64,000 bases of DNA from Escherichia phage dw-ec. The number at the start of each line of letters is the position of its first letter. Position 1 is the stretch's first letter. Position numbers and translations under genes: made by a program. The DNA is taken from sequence record OL739525.1. One strand, 5' to 3'. The notes under the pieces were generated by a model that searched no databases, was not told where the DNA came from, and saw nothing but the letters and a program-made list of their open reading frames with translations. This document shows, piece after piece, positions 54,540 to 62,095 of this stretch.

Positions 54540-54779
54540 ATGGCTATTACTAAAACTTACAACGGTCACAAAAACAAAACTCACTGGAATGTAAGCCTTT
54601 GGATTAATAACGATGAATCGTTATACCGGTTGGCCCAAGATTTTATTAACGCTAATGCTAATCGTAATGATGCGGCGCGGGATATGATGCTTTTTCTGGA
54701 ACAAACTGGACAAGATAAAACGCCAGACGGTTTCAAATATAGCACTACTGCGATCCGTGCCGCGATGGTTGGAATGTAA
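54540..54779 (+). CDS. hypothetical early protein
   Basis: 79 aa ORF. Confidence 0.55.
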   Translation: MAITKTYNGHKNKTHWNVSLWINNDESLYRLAQDFINANANRNDAARDMMLFLEQTGQDKTPDGFKYSTTAIRAAMVGM

Positions 54780-54788
54780 TAAAAACAG

Positions 54789-54849
54789 TTGACAACGTTT
54801 AAAATTAGTGTAAGATGTATCACATAGGGCGGGAAGTGGTTTCCCGCCA
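54789..54849 (+). promoter_or_regulatory. promoter-leader cassette P8
   Basis: TTGACA-16-TAAGAT, hairpin GGCGGGAA-gtggt-TTCCCGCC. Confidence 0.65.
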
Positions 54850-54869
54850 AAACAGAGAGATTAAAGATT

Positions 54870-55097
54870 ATGGCTATCAATATTGTTCGCGTATCCGGCA
54901 CCGTTGGCACTTCCCAGGTCATTGCAGTTGTAACAAACAAAAAGATTAATGATGTATGTGAGATCTTGAATAAGTGGGCTGTTGCTAATTTTGGGGAATA
55001 TGCAAGCGTCGAGTACATCGAATCCTACCAGGTGCCAACCATCAGCCTAACCGATCTCAACGTTGATCGCCTGTTATGCCTGGATGAATTAATCTGA
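54870..55097 (+). CDS. hypothetical early protein
   Basis: 75 aa ORF. Confidence 0.55.
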   Translation: MAINIVRVSGTVGTSQVIAVVTNKKINDVCEILNKWAVANFGEYASVEYIESYQVPTISLTDLNVDRLLCLDELI

Positions 55098-55106
55098 AAA
55101 AGATTG

Positions 55107-55164
55107 TTGACACGGGAAAGAAAAAGAGTAAACTGTATTACGTAGGGCGGCAATAGTGCCGCTC
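55107..55164 (+). promoter_or_regulatory. promoter-leader cassette P9
   Basis: TTGACA-16-TAAACT, hairpin GCGGCA-atag-TGCCGC. Confidence 0.65.
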
Positions 55165-55187
55165 ACAACAGAAGAGAGATTATCACG

Positions 55188-55400
55188 ATGGCTAATATCC
55201 GCACACTGTTAAAAAATGCAAGTCAAGTTTTATTTTCTGATCACGATCATTTTAATAAAGATATTACAGGCGTGAAGAATATCAAAGATGTAAAAAGTGT
55301 TATGGGTATATATTGCAATGTTAAACGTGTTGGAACGTTCGGTGATAAAGTATTGTATCAATCAGGTGATTACAATTTTACTTTGACGATTATTTCATAA
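55188..55400 (+). CDS. hypothetical early protein
   Basis: 70 aa ORF. Confidence 0.55.
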   Translation: MANIRTLLKNASQVLFSDHDHFNKDITGVKNIKDVKSVMGIYCNVKRVGTFGDKVLYQSGDYNFTLTIIS

Positions 55401-55406
55401 AACCGC

Positions 55407-55468
55407 TTGCAATACTGCAAAAATAAAGTAAACTGTATTACATCAAGGCGGCGGAATGGTCCACCGCC
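55407..55468 (+). promoter_or_regulatory. promoter-leader cassette P10
   Basis: TTGCAA-16-TAAACT, hairpin GGCGGCGGAATGGTCCACCGCC. Confidence 0.6.
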
Positions 55469-55492
55469 TAACAAAGAGAAGAGGAAAACATC

Positions 55493-55660
55493 ATGATCAC
55501 TTTCGCTACCCGTGAAGCCGCTCGCAACGTTGCCCGTAAAGTTAACGCCGCCAACCTGGGCGCTACGTTTAAAGCACCTGTAAAAGATGAATCAGGAAAA
55601 TGGATCTTCCCTGGTCTGCGTCACGCTGATAAGCTAGGCACTTTAAGCCTTAAAAAATAA
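55493..55660 (+). CDS. hypothetical early protein (55 aa)
   Basis: Not in ORF track; MITFATREAARNVARKV...; shares MITFA start with 55735..55956. Confidence 0.45.
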   Translation: MITFATREAARNVARKVNAANLGATFKAPVKDESGKWIFPGLRHADKLGTLSLKK

Positions 55661-55663
55661 TCG

Positions 55664-55701
55664 TTGACTTTTCGTTATAGCGCCCATTATAAGGCGCTAT
55701 A
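55664..55701 (+). promoter_or_regulatory. promoter-like element P11 with distinct hairpin
   Basis: TTGACT then AGCGCC-cattataa-GGCGCT hairpin overlapping the -10 region. Confidence 0.4.
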
Positions 55702-55734
55702 GAGAAGAGAAACCACTACTAACAAGGAAACATC

Positions 55735-55956
55735 ATGATCACTTTCGCTATTGTCGCCGTTGTTGCTGGTCAGGTTTACGTAAACGATACATTCACCACA
55801 GAAGACAAGGCCGCAGGAGACATAACCGCCGTTTACAATGAGTGCAAGGCAGTAGAAAGAATGTTAGCGCCTTGTATGCTAATGAGTGAACGCCAGGACG
55901 GGATAACAGTATTTACTAACATTGAAACAGGGTACCAAATGGTAGTAACAAAATAA
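55735..55956 (+). CDS. hypothetical early protein
   Basis: 73 aa ORF. Confidence 0.5.
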   Translation: MITFAIVAVVAGQVYVNDTFTTEDKAAGDITAVYNECKAVERMLAPCMLMSERQDGITVFTNIETGYQMVVTK

Positions 55957-55959
55957 AGC

Positions 55960-56018
55960 TTGACACGGATTTAATTTTCAGTAAACTGTTACACGTAGAG
56001 CGGGAATAGTTCCCGCTC
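55960..56018 (+). promoter_or_regulatory. promoter-leader cassette P12
   Basis: TTGACA-17-TAAACT, hairpin GCGGGAA-tag-TTCCCGC. Confidence 0.65.
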
Positions 56019-56035
56019 AAAAAGAGAGAAAGACC

Positions 56036-56389
56036 ATGAAAGCACAAAATGCAATTAAAGAGTACATCCTTGCCGCTATCGATTTTAATGATTACGGTAT
56101 TACAACCGAAAAAGAGAAGATCGCGGAATTGATGCGCCGTTTTAATTCCGAGTACTGGTACCCTGATAACCAATCACGTTTTAATTATAGTATTGTTAAA
56201 GCACTTGCATCATGGTTACAAGGTTTGCCATCAGATATCAATATCGCTTTCGAATATTGGGAAATTGATCGCCTGTTAACATCCTGGGGATACATTAAAG
56301 AGAATAGCAGCGATGATAAAATCCAACGAGAAAGGGAAAATTATTGGCTTTATATTGCAGGCGTGATCCTTGCTTGCTCTTATGAATGA
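56036..56389 (+). CDS. hypothetical early protein
   Basis: 117 aa ORF. Confidence 0.55.
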   Translation: MKAQNAIKEYILAAIDFNDYGITTEKEKIAELMRRFNSEYWYPDNQSRFNYSIVKALASWLQGLPSDINIAFEYWEIDRLLTSWGYIKENSSDDKIQRERENYWLYIAGVILACSYE

Positions 56390-56395
56390 TAAACC

Positions 56396-56449
56396 TTGAC
56401 AATTTTACAAAACAGTTTAAATTAATAATATAGCGGCAATGGTACCGCT
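56396..56449 (+). promoter_or_regulatory. promoter-leader cassette P13
   Basis: TTGACA, AT-rich -10 region, hairpin GCGGCA-atgg-TACCGC (one mismatch). Confidence 0.5.
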
Positions 56450-56468
56450 CATATAAAGAGGAAACAAA

Positions 56469-56615
56469 ATGAATACATCTAATCGCGCAGAAAAAATTCA
56501 ATCTTCCAAGATCCGCAAGGCCTGGAATGAGGAAGTGATCCGCAAAGGCGACAAGCGCAATAAAACAAAGCGCGGGAAGAGTGACAAATATAATTGGATG
56601 GATTTAGAGAATTAA
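56469..56615 (+). CDS. small basic protein (48 aa)
   Basis: Not in ORF track; ATG after AAGAGGAAA; Lys/Arg-rich. Confidence 0.4.
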   Translation: MNTSNRAEKIQSSKIRKAWNEEVIRKGDKRNKTKRGKSDKYNWMDLEN

Positions 56616-56621
56616 CATAAC

Positions 56622-56650
56622 AAGGGCGCACCAAGCGCCCTTTCTTTTTA
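56622..56650 (+). terminator. rho-independent terminator
   Basis: GGGCGC-accaa-GCGCCC followed by TTTCTTTTT; near-identical copies at 61964 and 62529. Confidence 0.7.
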
Positions 56651-56670
56651 CATGTAGAGGATAAACAAAA

Positions 56671-56856
56671 ATGACTTTAAACGAGCTTAAAACAGCGTAC
56701 AGCGCAACATTAAAAATAGCCGTGCGTTACCGTGACGAATACGGTTTTATTGCGCAGGGCGTGATCCTGGGCTTTTCTGACGATGGTTTGATCTATGTTG
56801 ATGCACATTATAACAAGGTTAAACCGGAAAACGTTATTAGCATAAAATATCTTTAA
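56671..56856 (+). CDS. hypothetical early protein
   Basis: 61 aa ORF. Confidence 0.5.
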   Translation: MTLNELKTAYSATLKIAVRYRDEYGFIAQGVILGFSDDGLIYVDAHYNKVKPENVISIKYL

Positions 56857-56862
56857 AAACGG

Positions 56863-56922
56863 TTGACACCATAACCGGACCTGTTAAACTGTATTACATC
56901 AGGCGGGGAATAGTTCCCCACC
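56863..56922 (+). promoter_or_regulatory. promoter-leader cassette P14
   Basis: TTGACA-16-TAAACT, hairpin GGGGAA-tag-TTCCCC. Confidence 0.65.
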
Positions 56923-56941
56923 ATACAAAAAGGTAAATATT

Positions 56942-57148
56942 ATGATCACCGCAAAACAAGAAAAAATCATTATCGACGTTGCAGCCGTTGCCGCTATCGC
57001 TATTATTGGATCTTATTATGATACCCGTTTCCCGTCGGCTATGCATGAGGTCGCCGCCGTTGCATCAGTTGGCGTACTGTTTTACGTTGGTAAACGCTAT
57101 TTATCACCAATGATTAACAAGCTGACACCGTGGAAAAATAAAGGTTGA
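56942..57148 (+). CDS. small membrane protein
   Basis: 68 aa; hydrophobic segment IIIDVAAVAAIAIIG. Confidence 0.5.
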   Translation: MITAKQEKIIIDVAAVAAIAIIGSYYDTRFPSAMHEVAAVASVGVLFYVGKRYLSPMINKLTPWKNKG

Positions 57149-57201
57149 TCCTGTTTTACATTGTGTTATAGTTATCGTGTAGGGCGGCAATGGTGCCGCG
57201 C
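57145..57201 (+). promoter_or_regulatory. promoter-leader cassette P15
   Basis: TTGATC-16-TATAGT, hairpin GCGGCA-atgg-TGCCGC. Confidence 0.55.
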
Positions 57202-57219
57202 CCCTTTGAGGATGCAATC

Positions 57220-57504
57220 ATGAGTAAAGCTAACACCGTGCTAATGTTTTCCCTGATTAATGATCTCGCTTACTTGTCCAACATGACGCAGGAGGGTAAC
57301 ACATTAACGGCAACATTCACCAATAAGCTTGACCGAGTGATCATCATCTCACTGAAAACAGTTAGTAAAGGCTTTTACTCGTTAGCTTATCATTGGATCA
57401 CCGATACCGATGAGACAAGCCAGGACTATAGCGCCCCTTTCCCTGAATCAATGGCACGGGAGATCATCGCCGCCGTTATAAATGATGGTTTGTTTACTGC
57501 ATAA
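57220..57504 (+). CDS. hypothetical early protein
   Basis: ATG at 57220 after GAGGA; track start 57190 lies inside the leader hairpin. Confidence 0.5.
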   Translation: MSKANTVLMFSLINDLAYLSNMTQEGNTLTATFTNKLDRVIIISLKTVSKGFYSLAYHWITDTDETSQDYSAPFPESMAREIIAAVINDGLFTA

Positions 57505-57521
57505 ATAATTTAGAAAAAGGC

Positions 57522-57578
57522 TTGCAATCATTTTGAGATAGTGTATATTTAATTCATAGGGCGGCGGGAATAGTTCCC
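57522..57578 (+). promoter_or_regulatory. promoter-leader cassette P16
   Basis: TTGCAA, TATATT, hairpin GGGAA-tag-TTCCC. Confidence 0.55.
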
Positions 57579-57601
57579 AAAGCAAACGAGAGGATTACAC
57601 G

Positions 57602-57721
57602 ATGAGCAAGTACACAGTAGAATACACGGTAGAAAATCCGGCAGTATCCGAAGGTAAAAAGATGACATTTGCCATCAGTATAATCGCTTTCGTTGTCACT
57701 ATCTTATCAATCATCTTATAA
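57602..57721 (+). CDS. small membrane peptide (39 aa)
   Basis: Not in ORF track; ATG after GAGAGGA; C-terminal TM helix FAISIIAFVVTILSIIL. Confidence 0.35.
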   Translation: MSKYTVEYTVENPAVSEGKKMTFAISIIAFVVTILSIIL

Positions 57722-57731
57722 GGTGCACACC

Positions 57732-57893
57732 ATGAAAACAACAGACATTATCAAAGAGATCGCCCTTGCCGCTGGCGTTGAAGTCGAGGAAGTGATCGCG
57801 CTCAATCTTACAGAAAACGATCTGCGCAACTATGAAGCGGAAAGCGTGAAAGCAAGCGGCGCGGTCCTGGTATATGATCCGGCTAACAAGTAA
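57732..57893 (+). CDS. hypothetical early protein
   Basis: ATG at 57732 after AAGGTG. Confidence 0.45.
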   Translation: MKTTDIIKEIALAAGVEVEEVIALNLTENDLRNYEAESVKASGAVLVYDPANK

Positions 57894-57902
57894 GGGGATA
57901 AC

Positions 57903-58013
57903 ATGAATCCGAAAGATATGCAAGCATGGAAAGGGTACGACGATCTAAGCGCCTTGCGCAATAAGTCAAGCCGTAACCTTAGACGGTTGGAAGCAAAGAA
58001 AAAGAAAAAATAG
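57903..58013 (+). CDS. small basic protein (36 aa)
   Basis: Not in ORF track; ATG after AAGGGGA; Lys-rich tail. Confidence 0.3.
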   Translation: MNPKDMQAWKGYDDLSALRNKSSRNLRRLEAKKKKK

Positions 58014-58014
58014 T

Positions 58015-58071
58015 TTGACAAGTCCGCCTAGTCTGATAATATGTATCTTGTAGGGCGGCAATGGTGCCGCT
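58015..58071 (+). promoter_or_regulatory. promoter-leader cassette P17
   Basis: TTGACA-16-TAATAT, hairpin GCGGCA-atgg-TGCCGC. Confidence 0.65.
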
Positions 58072-58091
58072 CACAAGAAGAGAGAAAAATC

Positions 58092-58376
58092 ATGAAAATC
58101 ACAAAAAGCCTAACTAATTATGCAGCACGTCGCGGATTATGTTTAACCGTTGAAAACTTAGGGAAAGAAGACTTTTTGTGTTTTTGGGAGCTTGAAAATG
58201 ATTGCGAGTGGATGTTTTCTTATTCTATCTGCGAAGATCAAAACGGTTGTTTGTTAACCTGGCGCGGTAATATCTATTTACCGGAAGAAATTAAAGAAGA
58301 GTTACCAGGTACGATCATGACAGAGAGACAGCTTAAGGAAATGATTAATTTTGTAGGGCAAAACATTAAAAAATAA
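58092..58376 (+). CDS. hypothetical early protein
   Basis: ATG at 58092 (track start 58041 overlaps the leader hairpin). Confidence 0.5.
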   Translation: MKITKSLTNYAARRGLCLTVENLGKEDFLCFWELENDCEWMFSYSICEDQNGCLLTWRGNIYLPEEIKEELPGTIMTERQLKEMINFVGQNIKK

Positions 58377-58377
58377 T

Positions 58378-58440
58378 TTGACAGCACGCAAATAACGTAG
58401 TAAAGTTTATTACATAGAGCGGCGGAATGGTCCACCGCTC
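58378..58440 (+). promoter_or_regulatory. promoter-leader cassette P18
   Basis: TTGACA-17-TAAAGT, hairpin GCGGCGGAATGGTCCACCGC. Confidence 0.65.
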
Positions 58441-58461
58441 ACAACAGAAGAGAAACAAATC

Positions 58462-58632
58462 ATGATCCCGACTATGTTTTATGTATCGCGCAAAGGTCAC
58501 AATATTTTTTGGTCTGAAGATTTAAATGAAGCTATGACGTTTGCCCGTGATCGTGTTGCTATCGGTGGCGTTAACATCACCGTAACCGATGAAAACGGCA
58601 TTGAATACTATAACGGCGACAATGAAGAGTAA
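58462..58632 (+). CDS. hypothetical early protein (56 aa)
   Basis: Not in ORF track; hand-translated without stops. Confidence 0.45.
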   Translation: MIPTMFYVSRKGHNIFWSEDLNEAMTFARDRVAIGGVNITVTDENGIEYYNGDNEE

Positions 58633-58639
58633 TCAACAA

Positions 58640-58657
58640 GGCGGGATTAATCCCGCC
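58640..58657 (+). other. intergenic stem-loop (GGCGGGAT-ta-ATCCCGCC)
   Basis: Perfect 8-bp stem between two small genes; no U-tract. Confidence 0.5.
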
Positions 58658-58676
58658 TGTATTAAAGGGCAATATA

Positions 58677-58814
58677 ATGAAAACTTTCAACGCAACAGCC
58701 TCGACAATTGGTTATATTATTACAGTACAAGCCGTTGACCTGGTAGCGGCAGCAAACAAGATTAAAAAAATGATCCCAACAGGCAGCGAATTTTCCGTTT
58801 GGGAAGTAAAATAA
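58677..58814 (+). CDS. hypothetical early protein (45 aa)
   Basis: Not in ORF track; hand-translated. Confidence 0.4.
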   Translation: MKTFNATASTIGYIITVQAVDLVAAANKIKKMIPTGSEFSVWEVK

Positions 58815-58817
58815 AGC

Positions 58818-58880
58818 TTGACAATAATTTGTTATCTAGTAAAGTGTATTACGTAGGGCGGGGCAATGGTGCAACGCCCA
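58818..58880 (+). promoter_or_regulatory. promoter-leader cassette P19
   Basis: TTGACA-16-TAAAGT, GTATTACGTAGGGCGGGGCAATGGTGCAACGCCC. Confidence 0.6.
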
Positions 58881-58897
58881 TTAATGAGGGTAGAATC

Positions 58898-59002
58898 ATG
58901 TTAGAGAAAATTTTCACGGTTGCAGTGGTTGGCCTGGCGTTATCGGTTGGAGTAGTTGCAACTATGGCTAATATGATCCTATCTTCCCACGGTATCGGTT
59001 AA
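58898..59002 (+). CDS. small membrane peptide (34 aa)
   Basis: ATG at 58898 after GAGGGTAGAA; MLEKIFTVAVVGLALSVGVVATMANMILSSHGIG. Confidence 0.35.
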   Translation: MLEKIFTVAVVGLALSVGVVATMANMILSSHGIG

Positions 59003-59003
59003 G

Positions 59004-59228
59004 GTGAAACAAATGATCACGAACAAAACAGGCAAAACGGAATTTTTACGCGGCTTACAAGTTGGTAAGCCTGAGATCTGGCATTGCACGAAGTCCGCGC
59101 ATAATGAAATGAAAGATTTTACCGCTACTTTACAACGTGTTAAAATATCTATCACACAGAAAAAAGCCTTGTTAGTAGTAGAAAACGAGATCCCGCAAAC
59201 TATTATTATTGTCGAGCGTACAGCATGA
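59004..59228 (+). CDS. hypothetical early protein
   Basis: 74 aa ORF. Confidence 0.5.
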   Translation: MKQMITNKTGKTEFLRGLQVGKPEIWHCTKSAHNEMKDFTATLQRVKISITQKKALLVVENEIPQTIIIVERTA

Positions 59229-59611
59229 AAACAGAAATCATTATTGAAATCATCAACGGCTATAAAGAAGCCTTTATTTTTGCTGAATCAGCAAGGGATC
59301 ATGAAGGTAATTTTATTGATAACTTAGACGATTATGATTTTTCTCCTAGCGCGGATCAACGGATCGCCCAGGATGTAACAGCCTTTATTAATGCTAATCT
59401 TGCCGCTATCTCTGAGGCAATGAGCGACGGCGCAACAGCCAACCAGATCGGGAATGATTTACATTTTACCCGTAACGGTCACGGCGTAGGCTTTTGGGAT
59501 CGCCCTGAAATATACACCACTAACACGGCGAACCGCCTAACCAATGCAGCTAAGTTTATGCCGAACGTGTCGGCTTACATTGGTGAAGATAATTTGATTT
59601 ATATTGAATAA
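59225..59611 (+). CDS. hypothetical early protein
   Basis: 128 aa ORF. Confidence 0.55.
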   Translation: MKTEIIIEIINGYKEAFIFAESARDHEGNFIDNLDDYDFSPSADQRIAQDVTAFINANLAAISEAMSDGATANQIGNDLHFTRNGHGVGFWDRPEIYTTNTANRLTNAAKFMPNVSAYIGEDNLIYIE

Positions 59612-59617
59612 AAAGTA

Positions 59618-59675
59618 TTGACACAGATCGCCAGTGTGATAATATTTACCACGTAGGGCGGCAATGGTGCCGCTC
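59618..59675 (+). promoter_or_regulatory. promoter-leader cassette P20
   Basis: TTGACA-16-TAATAT, hairpin GCGGCA-atgg-TGCCGC. Confidence 0.65.
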
Positions 59676-59694
59676 ACTGTAAAAGGTAAACATT

Positions 59695-59886
59695 ATGAAA
59701 ACTATCACCTATCTGGAATCGAATAACATGTTTTTTGCGCCCGTTGATGAAATCATCGAAGCATTAAACAACGAGGAAGGGATCAATGGTTTATCTTATA
59801 GCCAACTTTTAGGAATGGTTGCAGCAAATGCAGAGCTTGCTTACTATGTTGAAAATTTTGATGAAGCTGTAATCTTTACAAAATAA
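59695..59886 (+). CDS. hypothetical early protein
   Basis: 63 aa ORF. Confidence 0.5.
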   Translation: MKTITYLESNNMFFAPVDEIIEALNNEEGINGLSYSQLLGMVAANAELAYYVENFDEAVIFTK

Positions 59887-59889
59887 TCC

Positions 59890-59946
59890 TTGATCTAATC
59901 TCTTAAATAACTTATATTTAATGCGTAGGGCGGCAATGGTGCCGCC
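59890..59946 (+). promoter_or_regulatory. promoter-leader cassette P21
   Basis: TTGATC-17-TATATT, hairpin GGCGGCA-atgg-TGCCGCC. Confidence 0.55.
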
Positions 59947-59964
59947 GATAATGAGGAAAGTAAA

Positions 59965-60264
59965 ATGGAAACTATCGCTATTGTTACCGTAGAAAAACTG
60001 GTTGTTGGTGATGTATTCGCGTTAATGGTGCCTAACAGCAGCAAGCTGGGCGCTTATGAAGTAATGGATCATAAAAATGAATCATTTGGCGACGGTTGCA
60101 CAATGGCGGTAAAATCTTTAAAGGATGGAATCATCCGTCAAGCTAATTGGCACAAAGGAAATCAAGTCGGATTAATATCAGCTAATTTCTTGCCAGAAGA
60201 GCAAACGTTAGACCAACTGTCAGGCGGTAAGACGTTAGCCGAACTACTGGAAACAGCGATCTAA
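59965..60264 (+). CDS. hypothetical early protein
   Basis: 99 aa ORF. Confidence 0.55.
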   Translation: METIAIVTVEKLVVGDVFALMVPNSSKLGAYEVMDHKNESFGDGCTMAVKSLKDGIIRQANWHKGNQVGLISANFLPEEQTLDQLSGGKTLAELLETAI

Positions 60265-60272
60265 TCAACAAA

Positions 60273-60288
60273 GGGGCGGCAACGCCCC
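60273..60288 (+). other. intergenic stem-loop (GGGGCG-gcaa-CGCCCC)
   Basis: 6-bp GC stem with GNRA-type loop, no U-tract. Confidence 0.5.
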
Positions 60289-60308
60289 ACGTCAGAAAGG
60301 AAAAGATT

Positions 60309-60545
60309 ATGAGTATTGCAACAGTATTAAACGCCGTTAAAACCGCTGAATCATCCGGCTTACATGTTGAGCTTATAGATCAACCAGGTGGCGATCTCCT
60401 GGTCCAGGTTTACCCGCCGAAAGTAGGGGATGATTATTATTGGTGCTATTCCGATACGTTCGAACAAGTAGACACGAAAGCGATCACGGCTTTTATTTTA
60501 AAAGCTATTGAAGAAAATAATTTTCATTATAACATCAATCAATAA
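60309..60545 (+). CDS. hypothetical early protein
   Basis: 78 aa ORF. Confidence 0.5.
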   Translation: MSIATVLNAVKTAESSGLHVELIDQPGGDLLVQVYPPKVGDDYYWCYSDTFEQVDTKAITAFILKAIEENNFHYNINQ

Positions 60546-60554
60546 ACCATAAGC

Positions 60555-60570
60555 GGGGCGGTAACGCCCC
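60555..60570 (+). other. intergenic stem-loop (GGGGCG-gtaa-CGCCCC)
   Basis: Same stem as 60273 with a different GNRA loop. Confidence 0.5.
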
Positions 60571-60600
60571 ATTAAACGCAATAGGAAGAGGCTAGAAAGC

Positions 60601-60885
60601 ATGAAAAAGATGATCGCAGTAGTTGCCCTGGTTGTTGGTATTAACGCGCCTGTAATGGCGAAAGAGTTGCCAGAATCCATCACGTTAACCGATATTAACG
60701 CAGTGAACCGGATCGGCGTTAATTATCGCCTATGCCTTGCCGCTAAAACTTTCCAGGACGGCACAACAGAGTACTACGGATTCGAGGGTGTCCGGTGCGG
60801 TGAGCTTGCACGCGACCTTAAGGAAGATCCAGACCTTGAGGCCATACCGATGACCGTAAACGGTAAAGCCCAGGTAAACCGCTAA
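60601..60885 (+). CDS. secreted/periplasmic protein
   Basis: Signal peptide MKKMIAVVALVVGINAPVMA. Confidence 0.55.
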   Translation: MKKMIAVVALVVGINAPVMAKELPESITLTDINAVNRIGVNYRLCLAAKTFQDGTTEYYGFEGVRCGELARDLKEDPDLEAIPMTVNGKAQVNR

Positions 60886-60887
60886 CC

Positions 60888-61022
60888 ATGAGAAAGGTAA
60901 TCATCACAATGGGGATCGTAGTAGCAACGCTGGCGCTTATCCCCTTCCTGGTTGAATATGTGCTGATTAATGTTGTCCTGGTAGTCAGTGACCTATTGGA
61001 AACGGTTGGCAACTGGTTTTAA
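60888..61022 (+). CDS. small membrane peptide (44 aa)
   Basis: Not in ORF track; ATG after GAGAAAGG; two hydrophobic segments. Confidence 0.35.
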   Translation: MRKVIITMGIVVATLALIPFLVEYVLINVVLVVSDLLETVGNWF

Positions 61023-61197
61023 GATAAATAAACAGGGCTTGCTTTTGTCCTGTTTTTTGTTATGCTTATTGAACGGGCGGCACCTGGGAGCAGGGGAAGA
61101 TAATCACCGGAAGACCCCGCTATATATTGATAGCTAACATCTATCAAACAACAAAACATCAAAGGAATAAACTATCAAATCTTTACAATCCCACCTA

Positions 61198-61254
61198 TTG
61201 ACACCGGATCACGCTTACATTATTATTTATCACGTAGGGCGGGAATGTTTCCCA
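61198..61254 (+). promoter_or_regulatory. promoter-leader cassette P22
   Basis: TTGACA-17-TATTAT, hairpin GGGAA-tgt-TTCCC. Confidence 0.6.
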
Positions 61255-61274
61255 CCTGATTTAGGAGTCATATC

Positions 61275-61508
61275 ATGATCGAACAAATTAAAAGCACTAC
61301 ACCAAATGTTAACGGTAATGTTTCTCACTTTATCGGGGATAATGAAAGAGGTACACCGTACGCCGCCGTAACCGTTCAACCTAACGGGGATTATTGGTTT
61401 ACCGTGTACGGATCTTACTCTTTTGGACGTTCGGCACATGATAAGATCTTGCAAGTGGTTAAGCCTACTGGGAAGAATATCACAGCAGAAAAATTTTATA
61501 AAAAATAA
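61275..61508 (+). CDS. hypothetical early protein
   Basis: 77 aa ORF. Confidence 0.5.
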   Translation: MIEQIKSTTPNVNGNVSHFIGDNERGTPYAAVTVQPNGDYWFTVYGSYSFGRSAHDKILQVVKPTGKNITAEKFYKK

Positions 61509-61569
61509 CTTGCTTTATAGCTCCTGTTAACTTATAGTTATTGCGTAGGGCGAGCAATACAGCAAGCCC
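61509..61569 (+). promoter_or_regulatory. promoter-leader cassette P23 (divergent variant)
   Basis: TTGCTT, TATAGT, then TTGCGTAGGGCGAGCAATACAGCAAGCCC with alternative pairing. Confidence 0.45.
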
Positions 61570-61586
61570 ACAAAGAGGAAAATAAA

Positions 61587-61955
61587 ATGAGCAAATCAGC
61601 AATTAAAGCACTTGAAAAAGCACAAGAAGTGATCGCAACGTCAACCACTGGCGCAAATATTAATTTGGTCGCTTATCTGGAAGATGAAACTATCCGTAAA
61701 AATTGGCGTAATGCTGATTTACTGGCTTGCTTATTGATTAATAGTGTCGCTAATGCTTTCCAGTGTGAAACAGCCGAGAGCCTGGAGGAAAACTTGTTTG
61801 ATAATATGGATCAAGCCATTGAAACCTATATACAATCAAACTTGGATAGCTGGAACAGTAAAACATGGCCCGACAATTTACGCGATACAACTGATCAACT
61901 GATCCGCCTTGCCGTGATGGTTGAACGCGATAACGTTTACAACAGCACAAAGTAA
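61587..61955 (+). CDS. hypothetical early protein
   Basis: 122 aa ORF. Confidence 0.55.
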   Translation: MSKSAIKALEKAQEVIATSTTGANINLVAYLEDETIRKNWRNADLLACLLINSVANAFQCETAESLEENLFDNMDQAIETYIQSNLDSWNSKTWPDNLRDTTDQLIRLAVMVERDNVYNSTK

Positions 61956-61963
61956 GATTATAC

Positions 61964-61990
61964 AAGGGGCGCACTAAGCGCCCTTTAACG
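61964..61990 (+). terminator. rho-independent terminator
   Basis: GGGGCGC-actaa-GCGCCCC followed by TTTAACG. Confidence 0.55.
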
Positions 61991-62011
61991 TAAAGAAATG
62001 TAAATAATGCG

Positions 62012-62050
62012 CTATCCCCTATTGACAGGGGATCGGCGTTATATTATATT
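62012..62050 (+). promoter_or_regulatory. promoter P24 with -35 embedded in a palindrome
   Basis: TCCCCT-attgac-AGGGGA hairpin contains TTGACA (62022..62027); 17 nt later TATATT. Confidence 0.45.
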
Positions 62051-62095
62051 TAACTCACTGGCAGCAAACAACGAAACGAAACAAAGGATAACACT

